Origin: Cytophagales bacterium
Lineage (GTDB): Bacteria; Bacteroidota; Bacteroidia; Cytophagales; Spirosomataceae
Assembly (NCBI GenBank): GCA_031423975.1
Contig: JANPGQ010000311.1
Location: forward strand, 1 to 38,551
Reading direction: 5' to 3'
DNA length: 38,551 bases
Shown here: in pieces, positions 18,801-28,900 of the stretch
Layout of the letters: each line of letters opens with the position of its first letter
Numbering within the stretch: position 1 is the stretch's first letter
Made by a program: the position numbers and the translations under genes
The notes under the pieces: model-generated
Databases searched by the model: none
Told to the model about the DNA's origin: nothing
The model's input: only the letters and a program-made list of their open reading frames with translations

Positions 18801-21800
18801 CCGTTCCGTTGGTTGGATTCGTCAATGTGGTGAATGTGAGCGTTTGACCACTATCTGGGTCAAAATCGTTGATACTGGCATTACCACTTACAGGTGTACC
18901 TGCGTTGGTTTGTGTTACGTCATTGAATGCCACTGGTTTATCATTCGCACCCGTTGCTGGGTCAGGAATAACCTTGAATGTTACCCAAGCCGAATCACAT
19001 TCTACTGGCACGGCGTTGTTACAAATCTTATATTTTACCGAATCCACACCCACAAAATTAGGGTTTGGCGTATAGGTATATGAGCCGTCAGGATTCAAGG
19101 CAAATACTCCATTTTTAGCAGGCGTAATTACCGAAGGCGTAACTGGCAAACCTTTCTTATCATCATTGGTCAAAACATTTCCTGTTACTGGCGTATTCAC
19201 ACGTACCACAGCAATATCGTCTTGTGCATCTGGCTGTGTCATAGATGGCTGGGTTCTTAATTCAACTGTTGCGGTATCACACAATACTGGCGAGCCGTTA
19301 TCACACACTTTGTATTTCACCGTGTAAGTTGCTCCTGGCAATGCAGGGTCAATTCCTGGTGTCCAAACCAAAGTACCCGTTGGCGACAATGTTACCATTC
19401 CTTTGGTAGGTTGATTCAACAAAGTATAAGTCAAAGTCTGTCCTGCGTTAGGGTCACGGTCATTTCCTATTACCGAGGTTGTAACAGTTTGTCCACCCGT
19501 CGAAACTACTACATCGTCTCCTGCATCAGGTTTCAAATTAACCGTTAGCGGAAGCGTTGGGTCTAATGGTACTATTTTGATTGTTACCGTAGTAGTATCA
19601 CAAAGACTCGGCGAGCCATTATCACAAATTTTATACTTGAAGACATCCGTACCTACAAAAGTAGGGTTTGGTGTGTAGGTATAAGTTCCGTTGGCATTTA
19701 CCGTAACCGTTCCATTAGCAGGGTCAGAAATCTTACTTGTGGTGAGGGTCTGTCCTAAATCTGGGTCATAGTCATTGCCCAAAACTGAACTCGAAACAGG
19801 CGAACCTTGCTGTGTAACCACATTGTCTGGCATTGCCACAGGTTTGTCATTGCCAGCCGTTGGATATGGAATGGTATTGATATACAACCAAGCCGAATCA
19901 CATTGTACTGGAATTAGGGCATTACAAACCTTGTATTTCACCGAATCACGACCTACATAATGCGGTACGCCGCCCGTAGGATTTGGCGTGTAGGTATAGC
20001 TTCCATTTGGATTAAATACAATCGTTCCATTTTTAGGATTCGTCAATTGTGAAGCCATCAGTGGATTGCCCTTAGAATCATCATTGGTCAAAACATTTCC
20101 TTTTACTGGCGTATTAGGCGAAGTAATGGCGATGTCGTTTTGAGCCACGGGATTCGTGATTTTATCATCCGTTTCTATCGTGATAATCACCGTTGCCGAA
20201 TCACACAATACGGGTGAACCGTTATCACAAACTTTGTATTTGAACGAATCATTACCCACAAAACCAGCAGTTGGTGTGAAGGTATAAGTACCCGTTGTTG
20301 GATTAAATCCTGTGATTGTTCCGTGTGCAGGATTACTTAATTGACTGAATACCAAGGTCTGACCAGCATCTGGGGCGGTGTCGTTTAGGGCAACCGTTCC
20401 TGATTTTGGCGTATTGATTTTCGTTAATAAAGCATCGTCCTGAGCAGCTGGTTTACTGTTTGCATTCAATGGCGTAATGACTGGCGTTACGTCAATTTCA
20501 ACTTTTGCCGAATCGCATTTTACTGGATTCCCGTTATCGCAGGCTTTGTAAGTGAAGTAATCTTTTCCTACAAAACCAACAGTTGGCGTATAAATATAGC
20601 TTCCGTCAGGATTCAACGTTACCGTTCCATGTGCAGGGTCGGTCAATTTCGTTGCCACAAGAACATCACCCAAATCAGGGTCCACATCATTGCCCAACAC
20701 ATTGCCTTTTACGGGAACACCTGCTTCGGTTTTTGCCACGTCATTATTGGCAATTGGCTTATCATTTTGAGGCGATGGCACATCACTTACATTGAAGTAA
20801 ATGTAGGCAGTATCACATCTCACCATTGGGATTTCGTTTACGCAAATCACGTATTTCACCGAATCTTTACCCACATAACCCGTAGTTGGTGTATAGATAA
20901 ACGAACCGTCTGGATTGATAGCAATGATACCATGTTTCGGAGCAGTTCCCGATGGTAAACCTACCACCAGAGGATTGCCTTTTGAATCATCATTGGTCAA
21001 AACATTACCCCCAACAGGCGTGTTTTTAATCGTCATGGCAATATCATTCACCGCATCTGGCTTGTTAGCATCAGGTTGTTTTGGCGGTAAAACTGTCAAA
21101 TAAACCGTAGCCGTATCGCACATTACAGGCGTTCCGTTATCACAAATCTTGTACGTGAACGAATCAGTACCAATAAAAGTAGCATTAGGTGCATAGCTGA
21201 ATGTTCCGTTGGCATTCATGATTACCGTTCCGTTGGCAGGATTCGTTAATTTGCTGAATGCAAGCGGTTCGCCGCCCGACGTATTACCATTCGGGTCGCT
21301 ATCGTTTTGAGCGGAATTACCGTTTACTCCTACGCCTTTATAAGTTACATAGGCATCGTCATTAGCAACAGGTTTGTCGTTTGAATTAGCACTTTTTGGC
21401 TTCACTTCAATTGTTACTGTGGCTATATCACACTTCACTGGCGTTCCGTTATCGCATACTTTGTATTTAAACATATCAATACCCGCAAAGTCCGTAACTG
21501 GAGTGTAGGTATAAGTTCCGTCTGGATTGAATACCAAGATACCGTCATTAGGGTCTGTTAAGTTGGTATAAGTCAATATCTGAGCAATATCTGGGTCGAA
21601 ATCATTATTGCCCACACTACCATTTACTGGCTTATTCAGGTACGTTACCGATACATCATTACTTGCCACAGGCGGATTATTATCAACCATTGAAGGTGGA
21701 TAAGGTAATACGTTCAGATATATCCATGCGGTATCACATAAACTGACAGTATTGCACAGAATGTATTTTGTCGAATCTTTACCGACAAAATTGGCTTTTG

Positions 21801-24800
21801 GTACATAGGTATAATTGCCGTTTGGTAATAAGGTTATCGTTCCGTTTTTTGGAGGAGTAGCCGTTACCAAACTGGTTGTAACTACCTGTCCTGCCTTATC
21901 ATCATTCGTTAAAACATTTCCAGAAACTGGGGTATTTTTAAACGTCAAGTTAATGTCATTAATCGCATTTGGGTTATTGGTAACTGGTGGTATTATTGTT
22001 AAAAATACCGTTGCAGTATCACATAAACTCGGCGTACCATTATCGCATACTTTATACAAGAATTTATCTGTACCTGAATAACCAATAGTTGGGGTATATA
22101 CAAATTGACCCGTTGTTGGATTAATCGTTACCGTACCGTGTGCGGGGGCAGTTACTGGCGTATTTGAATACGTCAATGTTTGTCCTACATTCGGGTCAGA
22201 ATCATTTGGTTTCAATTGATCTGTTACCGCAGTATTCATGGCTGTGATGGCAGCATCATCTTGGGCATTTGGTTTGTCATTGGCAAGTTCGTTGATGTCG
22301 GGACTAACTGTGATGCCTACGCAAGTTGAGTCGCAAGCATTAGATGGATCGCAGATTTTATAACAGAATACATCATTGCCCACAAAATTTGCATTTGGCG
22401 TATAAATAAATGTTCCATCTGGATTAAATACTATCGTTCCATTGACAGGGCTTTTCGTTAAAGTAGCCGTTAAAGGGTCTCCATCTGGTTCGAGGTCATT
22501 GTTTGTAACCTTACCCGAAACAGGAACATTCTTCAAAGTCTGAACCACATCACTATTAGCAATGGGTGGGTTGTTTCCGTTCACAAATGTGCCAGGCAAG
22601 ATGGTGACAATTATCCAAGCCGAATCACATCTTGATGCTGCATTACAAATCACATATTGAGCCGAGTCTTTGCCCACAAAACCAGTTGCTGGGGTGTAAG
22701 TATAAACTCCATTCGTTGCAACTGTCAAGTTTCCATAAATTGGATTTTTTACTAAAATCGGATTCGTAGTAAATGGCAAACCGTTTCCAGTATCATTCGT
22801 AGCGGTATTTCCTGAAACTGGTTTGTTTTTTAAAGTTACGTTAATATCGTTCTGAGCGTCTGGCGTTGGTGCTAACACTACTACATAAACGGTTGCGGTA
22901 TCACACAAAGTTGGACTACCATTATCACAAACCTTATACTTAAACTGGTCTGTTCCGAAGAATCCCGTAGCAGGGGTATAAGTATAATTTCCAGCCGCCG
23001 TAATAGTTACCGTTCCATGTACAGGAGGCGTAGTTGGCGTGGTAGTGTAAGTCAAAGTATTACCATTCGGGTCGGTATCATTAGACTTTAATATACCCGA
23101 AACTGGAATATTAAGATTTGTTAAAGCTGCATCGTCTTGTGCATTTGGACGGTCGTTCGTAGTGCCATTATAGTCTGGCGATACCGTAATTACTACCGTA
23201 GCCGTATCGCAGGCACCCTTTGTATCACAAACTTTATACTGAAATTTGTCTCTACCTGTGAAATTAGGGTCAGGCGTATAAGTATAAGTTCCGTCTGTGT
23301 TTAGCGTAACTGTTCCATTATCAGGCTGTACAATCACCGAAGCGGATAACACATCACCGTCTGGGTCAATATCGTTATTGGTAACTTTGCCCGATACGGG
23401 TATGTTTTTCAAAGTCTGCCCTGCATCGTCGCTGGCAACAGGAGCATTATTGATAAAACGAATTGGGTCAATTACATTGATGGTCAGCCAAGAAGTATCA
23501 CAAAGCGAAGCCGTATTACAAATCACATATTGAACAGAATCCTTACCCACAAAATCAATTGTAGGCGTGTAGGTATATGAACCGTTGGCATTGAGGGTAA
23601 TAGCTCCGTGCAATGGGTCCACCAAAGCATACGGTGTTAAAGTAAAGGCTAAACCTCCACCGTTATCATTGGTCAAAATATTACCCGAAATAGGGTTGTT
23701 TTTTGTTGTAATATTCACATCAAGTTGAGCATCAGGCACGGGAGGTACAACTACGATGTATACCGTTGCGGTATCACATAAACCTGCGGCATCACAAGCC
23801 TTGTATTTTAATTGGTCAGTTCCAAAATAGCCCAAAGTTGGGGTATAAGTGAAAGCTCCATTGACAGCCAAAGCAAAAATTCCGTGGGTAGTTGGCGATG
23901 TCATCGTAGTAGTTAAAACATTACCGTTCGGGTCAGAATCGTTTAAACGAACATTACCCGTAACGGGAACACTCAAGGTAGTACGATACGAATCGTCTTG
24001 AGCGAATGGAGCATCATTGGTGGTTATCCCATTAGCATCTGGTCTGATATAAACTACTGCTTTTGCTGTTGTACACTGGTTCAAATCATCACAAACTTGA
24101 TATTCAAAAGTATCTGTTCCGATATATCCTGGGTTTGACGTGTAAGTATATGAGCCATTGGCATTGATACTCACCGTTCCGTGACTTGGATTACTGACGG
24201 GGATAAGCGTATATTTCAACGCCCCATTTTCAGGGTCAAAATCGTTGCTCGCCAAATTACCCGAAACAGGGATATTCATATTGGTTTGAGCCACATCGTT
24301 TTGAGCAATCGGTGGTAGGTTTGTGGTAATGCTTGGTTTATAAACGTTCAAGTATAAAGTGGCGGTAGTACACAAATTATCTACCGAACAGATTTTATAA
24401 TTAATCGAATCTTTACCCACAAAATCAGTAGATGGCGTGTAAGTATATGTTCCGTTTGGATTGAAAACTATCGTTCCATGATTTGGCGTTGTTGTCGCTG
24501 TAAAGACATCCGTTGTGGTAGTTTTTGTATCATTAGTAGCCACAGAGCTACCTACTGGCACATTTACCAAGGTTACGTTGATGTCATTAATAGCCAATGG
24601 AACGGGTTTAATCGTTACAAGCACCTTAATAGTTGTACAGGTTGCAGTAACCGCATCGCATAGGGTTACACAAACAGAATCTGTACCCACAAAGCCAGGT
24701 TTTGGTTTGTAGGTTATACAAAGTTGTCCGCTTTCAATCGTGGCTAATGCCGTTGCTCCCGCCACCTTTGGATAACCTGGGCAAGAAGCAGCCGTAGCAC

Positions 24801-27800
24801 TTGGACTACCCAAAGTTGCCAAAGGCGTACAAACTTTCACCGTTGAATCCTGTGGGGTAACAATTGGTGCAATACAACTTGATGAGGCAAAAATGGTGGT
24901 TTTAACTACATTACTCACGCAAGGCGAAGCCACGTGTATATTGGTATAAACACCCACACCCAAACCTGTGATAATTAATTTACCGCTTCCGTCAGACGTT
25001 CCTGTAGCTGACAGAACTGAACCACCATCTTTCTCATAATTAAAAATATATGTAGTCGAAGCCGTTAGGCCTGAGAAGGTAATTGAACCGTCATTTCCTC
25101 CGCAAGTGTTTGGACTTGTAGGTTTCACTACTGCCAAAGTACCAGGGCAAGCCGTACAAGCGGCAATCGTTACAGATACTCCCGTTGAAGCAGGACTGAA
25201 ACAATTGGCTGGCGAGCTGGCTTTTGCGTATAAATAATACATGCCAGAAACCGAAACGGGCATAGTTACCAAATCGGTTGCCGTTGGGTTTGTCGCTACA
25301 CTGTGCCACTCTAAGGTAGTGCCAGATGCTGGAGTTGGCTGAACACTGGTTAAATCAACCGTGGTACTTGGACACGTGTTTGACTGTGCCGCTGTGCTAC
25401 TCAACACTGGAGTGGCTGGTGCAGTACAACAAACCGTAATGGTTACAACAGCCCCCTGAGAAGCAGGACTGAAACAATTGGCTGGCGAAGTGGCTCTTGC
25501 GTATAAATAATACGTTCCTGCACCTACCGCCGACGGTGTTGTTACTGAATCGGCAGTAGTTGGATTGCTCGCAACGGTGTGCCATTCTAAGGTAGTTCCA
25601 GATAGTGCAGTAGGTTCTAAACTGGTTAAATCAGCCGTGGTGCTTGGGCATATATTTGATTTAGTGTTGCTTGCCAATACAGGAGCAGACGGTGGTGTAC
25701 AAACCACTGGACAAGCCACAATATTCACCATTATTGGGCTGGTAGCCAGACCATAACAACTTGATGATGGCGAATAATAAGCTGCATAATACGTTCCCGA
25801 TGTAACGGTTGTTGGGTCAGCAATCTGATTCGCTAACGTAGGCGAATTACTGGTATGCCACGTAACATAAGACCCCGCTTTTTTATTGGTACTGTCGATA
25901 TGCGACATTAAATTGACTGTAATGGCAGGGCAAATATTCGTAACAATCGTAGCTGGACAAGGATTTATCGTAACTGTTACTGGACTCGTAGAAGCACCAT
26001 AACATCCTACTATTGTTTCGTAATATGTAGCATAATAGGTGCCTGATACCGCTACCGAAGTAGGGTCTGGTACTTGATTAGTAGCCGTAGCAGTGCTTGC
26101 TGTATGCCACGTAACATAAGAATTTGCGGGCTTGTTAGTGCTATCTATATGAGCCATCAAATTCACAATATTTTCAGGACAATTATTAAAAATATTTGTT
26201 GGACTTGAAACCGTTAGCGTATATGTTTTAGTGATACAGTTTGATGTTGGCGTATTGGTATCACAAACCCTGATACAGTAATAATAAATACCAGCCGTTG
26301 AAGGTGCGGTATAAGTATAAACCCCTGTTGTTGAGTTTGTTACCGTCAAATTGCTTCCCGAAGGAAAAGCCGTTCCACCCGAAGGAATAATACAAGAAGC
26401 CGTATTATCTACCGAATAAACATACGTACCATTTCCACCCGATGGAGTTAAATCCGTACTTGCTGTTCCCGTTTTGGGGGTATTAATCACTGCAGTTTGT
26501 GCAGGTGGATTTGTGGCTGCAATTGGATCTAAACAAACTGAAATAGTTGCATCTACTGAATCCGCAGGGCTGTAACAATTATTCACTTTGTCAAAATACA
26601 ATGCATAATATTTACCTGCCGTTGAAACCGTTGTCAAATTCGTTAAGGTATCGCTTGCTGAGGTTGGTACTTTGTGGGTACTCCAAATTAAGGTTGTTCC
26701 TGCTGGTTTTGTGCCTGTATTTGCTAATCCTGCCAAACTAACTGTAGTTGTAGGACAAGTATTTATTACCGTCGTGGCTGTGATAATTGGGGCAGTTGTT
26801 CCTGCTACGCAAGTAATACAGTTGGCACTTTGTACTAATTTATTTTGGCTATTATTTACAGTCTGTCCTGTGTTTGCAACCGTTGGGACACCTAAAGTTG
26901 TAGTGGTACTTCCAACCGTATTTCCTAAGTTTTTAACTACTGGACTTGTTGAAGTTCCTGTGTAACCTGTTCCGCTGTTTCCACCTGCAATCGTTGAAGT
27001 TACTAAACTGGTAGTTGCAAAATTTGCTCCTCCCTCAATCGCATCTGGGCAACCGTCACCGTCTGAATCTAAATCTATTGTATTTGCTATTCCGTCTCCA
27101 TCCAAATCACAAACGGATGGTACTTTAAACGGTATAAATAAATCGTCAAACCGTACTCTATTTGATGGGTCTGTATTTTGCTCGTCATACAGGTAAAATC
27201 TAAAAAAATAGTTTGTTCCACTTGATAATAATTGTGATGGAATTGGATAATCATATGATAAATATCCTCCTGCTATCATGTTACCAACTTGTTTATCTTG
27301 AAATAACAATGAGGGAGTGGTAAATGCACTGTTATTTGAATACTCTAAGGCTATCTTAAAATTACCACAGTTAAAATCTGGAACCGAATTTGAATTTGTA
27401 AAAAAACCAAGTCCGATGTGTTCAATTGTTATGTTTTGTGATGGTAAAAAAGATACCTGTACGTAATCGTTCCCAATTTTAGCATCGGTAAAATTAGCTG
27501 CTGTTGCATTTCTTATTAAATAAGTATAGGCATAATTATCCGTAGATTCATTAAGTCCTGAACCGAAACTCGTGTTTTGAGTTGAAGAAAAATAACCCGA
27601 AGCTGTAGTAGGGACAAATGTTGCCGCATCACTTTGTCCATTAGAATCATTATGAAGATATTCAATCTGAGATGAAGGACATTCTGCAGTATCTAAAATA
27701 CCATCATTATCATCGTCTAAATCTACGGAGTCGAGTACACCATCACCATCAGAATCAAAATCAACCAATACAACTTTTGTACAAGCACCACCGCCTTGTG

Positions 27801-28776
27801 AGGATGTAACGGTAAGTGATCTATTTCCAACTACACCTGTACCATCAAAAGAAATTGGAATGATTACGGATGTTTGTCCTGCGGTTAATGTTTGCGTAAG
27901 TGTTCCCGTAAAACCTGCTCCTGTTACATTAAAAGTTGCTGCACCAGCAGTAGTACCTGTCAATGGTATTGTCAAAGAACCCGTTTGTCCTGATACGCCA
28001 TTGGCAATAAAAGTGCCTGTGGAAGTAGCTGAGCCACAATTAAACGTAAATTGTGGTGGAATTCCGTAATAACCTCCCCAAGAATTTACATAGTCTAAAC
28101 AACTGACACCTACGGTTGTTTGTACAACTACTACATAACTTGCATTAGGAGTTAATCCTTTCCAAGCAGGGTTAAGTGTATTGGTTTCACTACCGCCAGT
28201 TTGGGCAGAAGTTATGCCATCATTCACCGTGGTTGGTGCTATTGCCGAACCAGTACAAACATTTCCTGCATAACTGTATAGAGCAAACTGCCGTGAATTT
28301 GAAATTTGGTTTAGACACGCTGTAATGTTTATCGTTAATGCATTAGTAGAAAATCCATGAAAAAAGCCAACATTACCATAAGTATCCGTTGTTACTATCC
28401 ATGATTCAGTAATAACTGTAGTTGGCAATTGTATACCTGCAACCGCATGAGCAGTAAGTGCTGCATAAGTGGTAGTTGCTTTTGTTTTGGCATCGGCAGT
28501 GTAGGTACTTGTTTGGCAAGGCAATGCTGCATTATAGCTTGGCGTTTGAGCATAAACCTGTTGAAAGCCTCCTTTCAACATTAACATAAATAATGCTAAC
28601 TGAAAAAATCGCATTTTTAAAAAACGTATGCCGTTAACAGAGTTATTTAACGCTTTTGTTGGTATTTTCACCAACAAGCTACCCTCCGATTTGCTGGTCT
28701 GGGCGACCCCGCTCAACACCAACAAAGGCGAAAAGGCAAAAGTATTTGACGATGGAAAAAGTAGCGGCTTTTTCAT
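15835..28776 (-). CDS. Giant (~4313 aa) secreted adhesin: N-terminal head with Asp-rich Ca-binding motifs, Cys-containing Ig domains, one SprB-like repeat, ~28 Big_9 repeats, C-terminal dockerin-like domain
   Basis: Uninterrupted 13-kb ORF. Start is ATG 28776 (MKKPLL) or 28614 (MRFFQLAL...VYA/Q). TSP3-like motifs [22 protein letters not shown] and [22 protein letters not shown]. The C-terminal domain is paralogous to that of the 2163-aa protein. No type A or type B CTD. Confidence 0.88.
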   Translation of the reverse strand: MKKPLLFPSSNTFAFSPLLVLSGVAQTSKSEGSLLVKIPTKALNNSVNGIRFLKMRFFQLALFMLMLKGGFQQVYAQTPSYNAALPCQTSTYTADAKTKATTTYAALTAHAVAGIQLPTTVITESWIVTTDTYGNVGFFHGFSTNALTINITACLNQISNSRQFALYSYAGNVCTGSAIAPTTVNDGITSAQTGGSETNTLNPAWKGLTPNASYVVVVQTTVGVSCLDYVNSWGGYYGIPPQFTFNCGSATSTGTFIANGVSGQTGSLTIPLTGTTAGAATFNVTGAGFTGTLTQTLTAGQTSVIIPISFDGTGVVGNRSLTVTSSQGGGACTKVVLVDFDSDGDGVLDSVDLDDDNDGILDTAECPSSQIEYLHNDSNGQSDAATFVPTTASGYFSSTQNTSFGSGLNESTDNYAYTYLIRNATAANFTDAKIGNDYVQVSFLPSQNITIEHIGLGFFTNSNSVPDFNCGNFKIALEYSNNSAFTTPSLLFQDKQVGNMIAGGYLSYDYPIPSQLLSSGTNYFFRFYLYDEQNTDPSNRVRFDDLFIPFKVPSVCDLDGDGIANTIDLDSDGDGCPDAIEGGANFATTSLVTSTIAGGNSGTGYTGTSTSPVVKNLGNTVGSTTTTLGVPTVANTGQTVNNSQNKLVQSANCITCVAGTTAPIITATTVINTCPTTTVSLAGLANTGTKPAGTTLIWSTHKVPTSASDTLTNLTTVSTAGKYYALYFDKVNNCYSPADSVDATISVCLDPIAATNPPAQTAVINTPKTGTASTDLTPSGGNGTYVYSVDNTASCIIPSGGTAFPSGSNLTVTNSTTGVYTYTAPSTAGIYYYCIRVCDTNTPTSNCITKTYTLTVSSPTNIFNNCPENIVNLMAHIDSTNKPANSYVTWHTASTATATNQVPDPTSVAVSGTYYATYYETIVGCYGASTSPVTVTINPCPATIVTNICPAITVNLMSHIDSTNKKAGSYVTWHTSNSPTLANQIADPTTVTSGTYYAAYYSPSSSCYGLATSPIMVNIVACPVVCTPPSAPVLASNTKSNICPSTTADLTSLEPTALSGTTLEWHTVASNPTTADSVTTPSAVGAGTYYLYARATSPANCFSPASQGAVVTITVCCTAPATPVLSSTAAQSNTCPSTTVDLTSVQPTPASGTTLEWHSVATNPTATDLVTMPVSVSGMYYLYAKASSPANCFSPASTGVSVTIAACTACPGTLAVVKPTSPNTCGGNDGSITFSGLTASTTYIFNYEKDGGSVLSATGTSDGSGKLIITGLGVGVYTNIHVASPCVSNVVKTTIFASSSCIAPIVTPQDSTVKVCTPLATLGSPSATAASCPGYPKVAGATALATIESGQLCITYKPKPGFVGTDSVCVTLCDAVTATCTTIKVLVTIKPVPLAINDINVTLVNVPVGSSVATNDTKTTTTDVFTATTTPNHGTIVFNPNGTYTYTPSTDFVGKDSINYKICSVDNLCTTATLYLNVYKPSITTNLPPIAQNDVAQTNMNIPVSGNLASNDFDPENGALKYTLIPVSNPSHGTVSINANGSYTYTSNPGYIGTDTFEYQVCDDLNQCTTAKAVVYIRPDANGITTNDAPFAQDDSYRTTLSVPVTGNVRLNDSDPNGNVLTTTMTSPTTHGIFALAVNGAFTYTPTLGYFGTDQLKYKACDAAGLCDTATVYIVVVPPVPDAQLDVNITTKNNPISGNILTNDNGGGLAFTLTPYALVDPLHGAITLNANGSYTYTPTIDFVGKDSVQYVICNTASLCDTSWLTINVIDPIRFINNAPVASDDAGQTLKNIPVSGKVTNNDIDPDGDVLSASVIVQPDNGTVTLNTDGTYTYTPDPNFTGRDKFQYKVCDTKGACDTATVVITVSPDYNGTTNDRPNAQDDAALTNLNIPVSGILKSNDTDPNGNTLTYTTTPTTPPVHGTVTITAAGNYTYTPATGFFGTDQFKYKVCDNGSPTLCDTATVYVVVLAPTPDAQNDINVTLKNKPVSGNTATNDTGNGLPFTTNPILVKNPIYGNLTVATNGVYTYTPATGFVGKDSAQYVICNAASRCDSAWIIVTILPGTFVNGNNPPIANSDVVQTLKNVPVSGKVTNNDLEPDGDPLTATLTKSPVNGTIVFNPDGTFIYTPNANFVGNDVFCYKICDPSNACDSTCVGITVSPDINELANDKPNAQDDAAITAMNTAVTDQLKPNDSDPNVGQTLTYSNTPVTAPAHGTVTINPTTGQFVYTPTIGYSGTDKFLYKVCDNGTPSLCDTATVFLTIIPPVTNNPNAINDINLTFKNTPVSGNVLTNDDKAGQVVTTSLVTATPPKNGTITLLPNGNYTYVPKANFVGKDSTKYILCNTVSLCDTAWIYLNVLPYPPSMVDNNPPVASNDVSVTYLNKPVNGSVGNNDFDPDIAQILTYTNLTDPNDGILVFNPDGTYTYTPVTDFAGIDMFKYKVCDNGTPVKCDIATVTIEVKPKSANSNDKPVANDDAYVTYKGVGVNGNSAQNDSDPNGNTSGGEPLAFSKLTNPANGTVIMNANGTFSYAPNATFIGTDSFTYKICDNGTPVMCDTATVYLTVLPPKQPDANKPDAVNDIAMTIKNTPVGGNVLTNDDSKGNPLVVGLPSGTAPKHGIIAINPDGSFIYTPTTGYVGKDSVKYVICVNEIPMVRCDTAYIYFNVSDVPSPQNDKPIANNDVAKTEAGVPVKGNVLGNDVDPDLGDVLVATKLTDPAHGTVTLNPDGSYIYTPTVGFVGKDYFTYKACDNGNPVKCDSAKVEIDVTPVITPLNANSKPAAQDDALLTKINTPKSGTVALNDTAPDAGQTLVFSQLSNPAHGTITGFNPTTGTYTFTPTAGFVGNDSFKYKVCDNGSPVLCDSATVIITIETDDKITNPVAQNDIAITSPNTPVKGNVLTNDDSKGNPLMASQLTNPKNGTIVFNPNGSYTYTPNPTGGVPHYVGRDSVKYKVCNALIPVQCDSAWLYINTIPYPTAGNDKPVAMPDNVVTQQGSPVSSSVLGNDYDPDLGQTLTTSKISDPANGTVTVNANGTYTYTPNPTFVGTDVFKYKICDNGSPSLCDTTTVTIKIVPLDPTLPLTVNLKPDAGDDVVVSTGGQTVTTSVIGNDRDPNAGQTLTYTLLNQPTKGMVTLSPTGTLVWTPGIDPALPGATYTVKYKVCDNGSPVLCDTATVELRTQPSMTQPDAQDDIAVVRVNTPVTGNVLTNDDKKGLPVTPSVITPAKNGVFALNPDGSYTYTPNPNFVGVDSVKYKICNNAVPVECDSAWVTFKVIPDPATGANDKPVAFNDVTQTNAGTPVSGNASINDFDPDSGQTLTFTTLTNPTNGTATMNPNGTFTYTPNGGFTGTDVFKYKVCDNGTPVLCDTAKVIITVEPVTPNPAVNQPPVAIDDAILGIEGKPVTYNVSGNDKDPEGTPLAFTKLGGNPNVTIDALGNVTYTPAIDPLTGKPIGGNTVTYKVCDAGTPVKCDTATIYLTVSPSSTQPLAVNDINNTLINTTVTGDVLTNDDKKGLPVVVTQLTTAKHGSLTISPNGTYGYIPTTGFVGKDSVQYQICNNEVPAECSKAWLYINVAPLPNTANDKPIASADVAQTLVNIPVSGKVTNNDTDPEGGILTATKLTNPVNGTLVFNPDGTFTYTPNSGFIGKDKFTYKVCDTGSPVLCDTASVTIDVTPKLSPVGGNDAPNAQDDAIVTNINTAKTATVAPNDSDLNTGQTLSFMKVSNPVHGTVTVNADGSYTYIPTTAYTGPDKFTYKACDNGTPSLCDTATVYVSVLPSPIPTVSSPVAFDDINIVPKNTTVTGDVLTNDDKKGLPVTVSLLAPATHGTLTLNPNGTYSYTSTTGFIGKDSAQYQMCNNKVPAECDIAYVYLYVQDAPTVSPINNKPTAIHDVNQTLVNIPVSGTVASNDFDPDLGQTLAFTKLTNPTNGTAVLNTNGTYIYTPATGFVGTDVFKYKVCDNQTPALCDTTTVTIKVTPDYSGGGNIKPVANDDAYTTNKGVGINKSASLNDNDPNAGQTLSYSLLTLAANGTVSFNPDGTFAYTPNATFVGTDKFLYKVCDNGTPSLCDTATVYLSVKDPILSVCVNFNLKVLLEGPLNTVSGLMNNFLNVRGLLPGQTPIGITATPTPNGQPYSGTPWNYAGTEAMPLGGYATDIVDWVLISLRTDSLTTTPVFRAAGLLHADGNVTFVNPCFTIANGSYYVLVEHRNHMGVMSDKKITVTTGTLTYDFTTNDSYALTNPPSYGQKVKAGKYVMYAADHKKALQNDNFDINAADSNLWKLQSGIFDRYLSGDYNFDADVNNSDNTLWKVNNGRFSGVAH
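16560..24600 (-). repeat. Array of 27 Ig-like repeats organised as 9 A-B-C triplets
   Basis: Manual parsing of the translation. The DNA motif ggcaaacctttcttatc recurs at 17351, 18248 and 19145, exactly 897 nt (299 aa) apart. Confidence 0.8.
28652..28729. repeat. Second REP-like doublet, at the 5' end of the giant adhesin gene
   Basis: gcttttgttggtattttcaccaacaagctaccctccgatttgctgg...caccaacaaaggc aligns with the reverse complement of 7884-7954 (gcccttgttggagttttatccaacaagctaccgtccaatttattgg...ctccaacaaaggc), including the spacer. Confidence 0.7.
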
Positions 28777-28800
28777 AAATTTAATTCTGATTGTTTGGTA

Positions 28801-28882
28801 GTACACTCCGTTTTATCGGAGGTACTAAAATTTATTCTGAACGAAACTCATCGCATGAACTCAGTTTAGCCATGCCATGAGT
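28801..28882 (-). promoter_or_regulatory. Two intergenic hairpins between the 854-aa and giant adhesin genes
   Basis: actcatcgcatg (28846-28857) and catgccatgagt (28871-28882), 1 mismatch. Also gtacactccg/cggaggtac at 28801-28825. Confidence 0.5.
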
Positions 28883-28900
28883 AACCTTGTTAAAACCTCT

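Noticed and set aside
28777-28900. 854-aa and giant genes as one frameshifted or read-through gene
   Set aside because: Each has its own signal peptide and a complete paralogous head, and they are separated by a hairpin-containing spacer.
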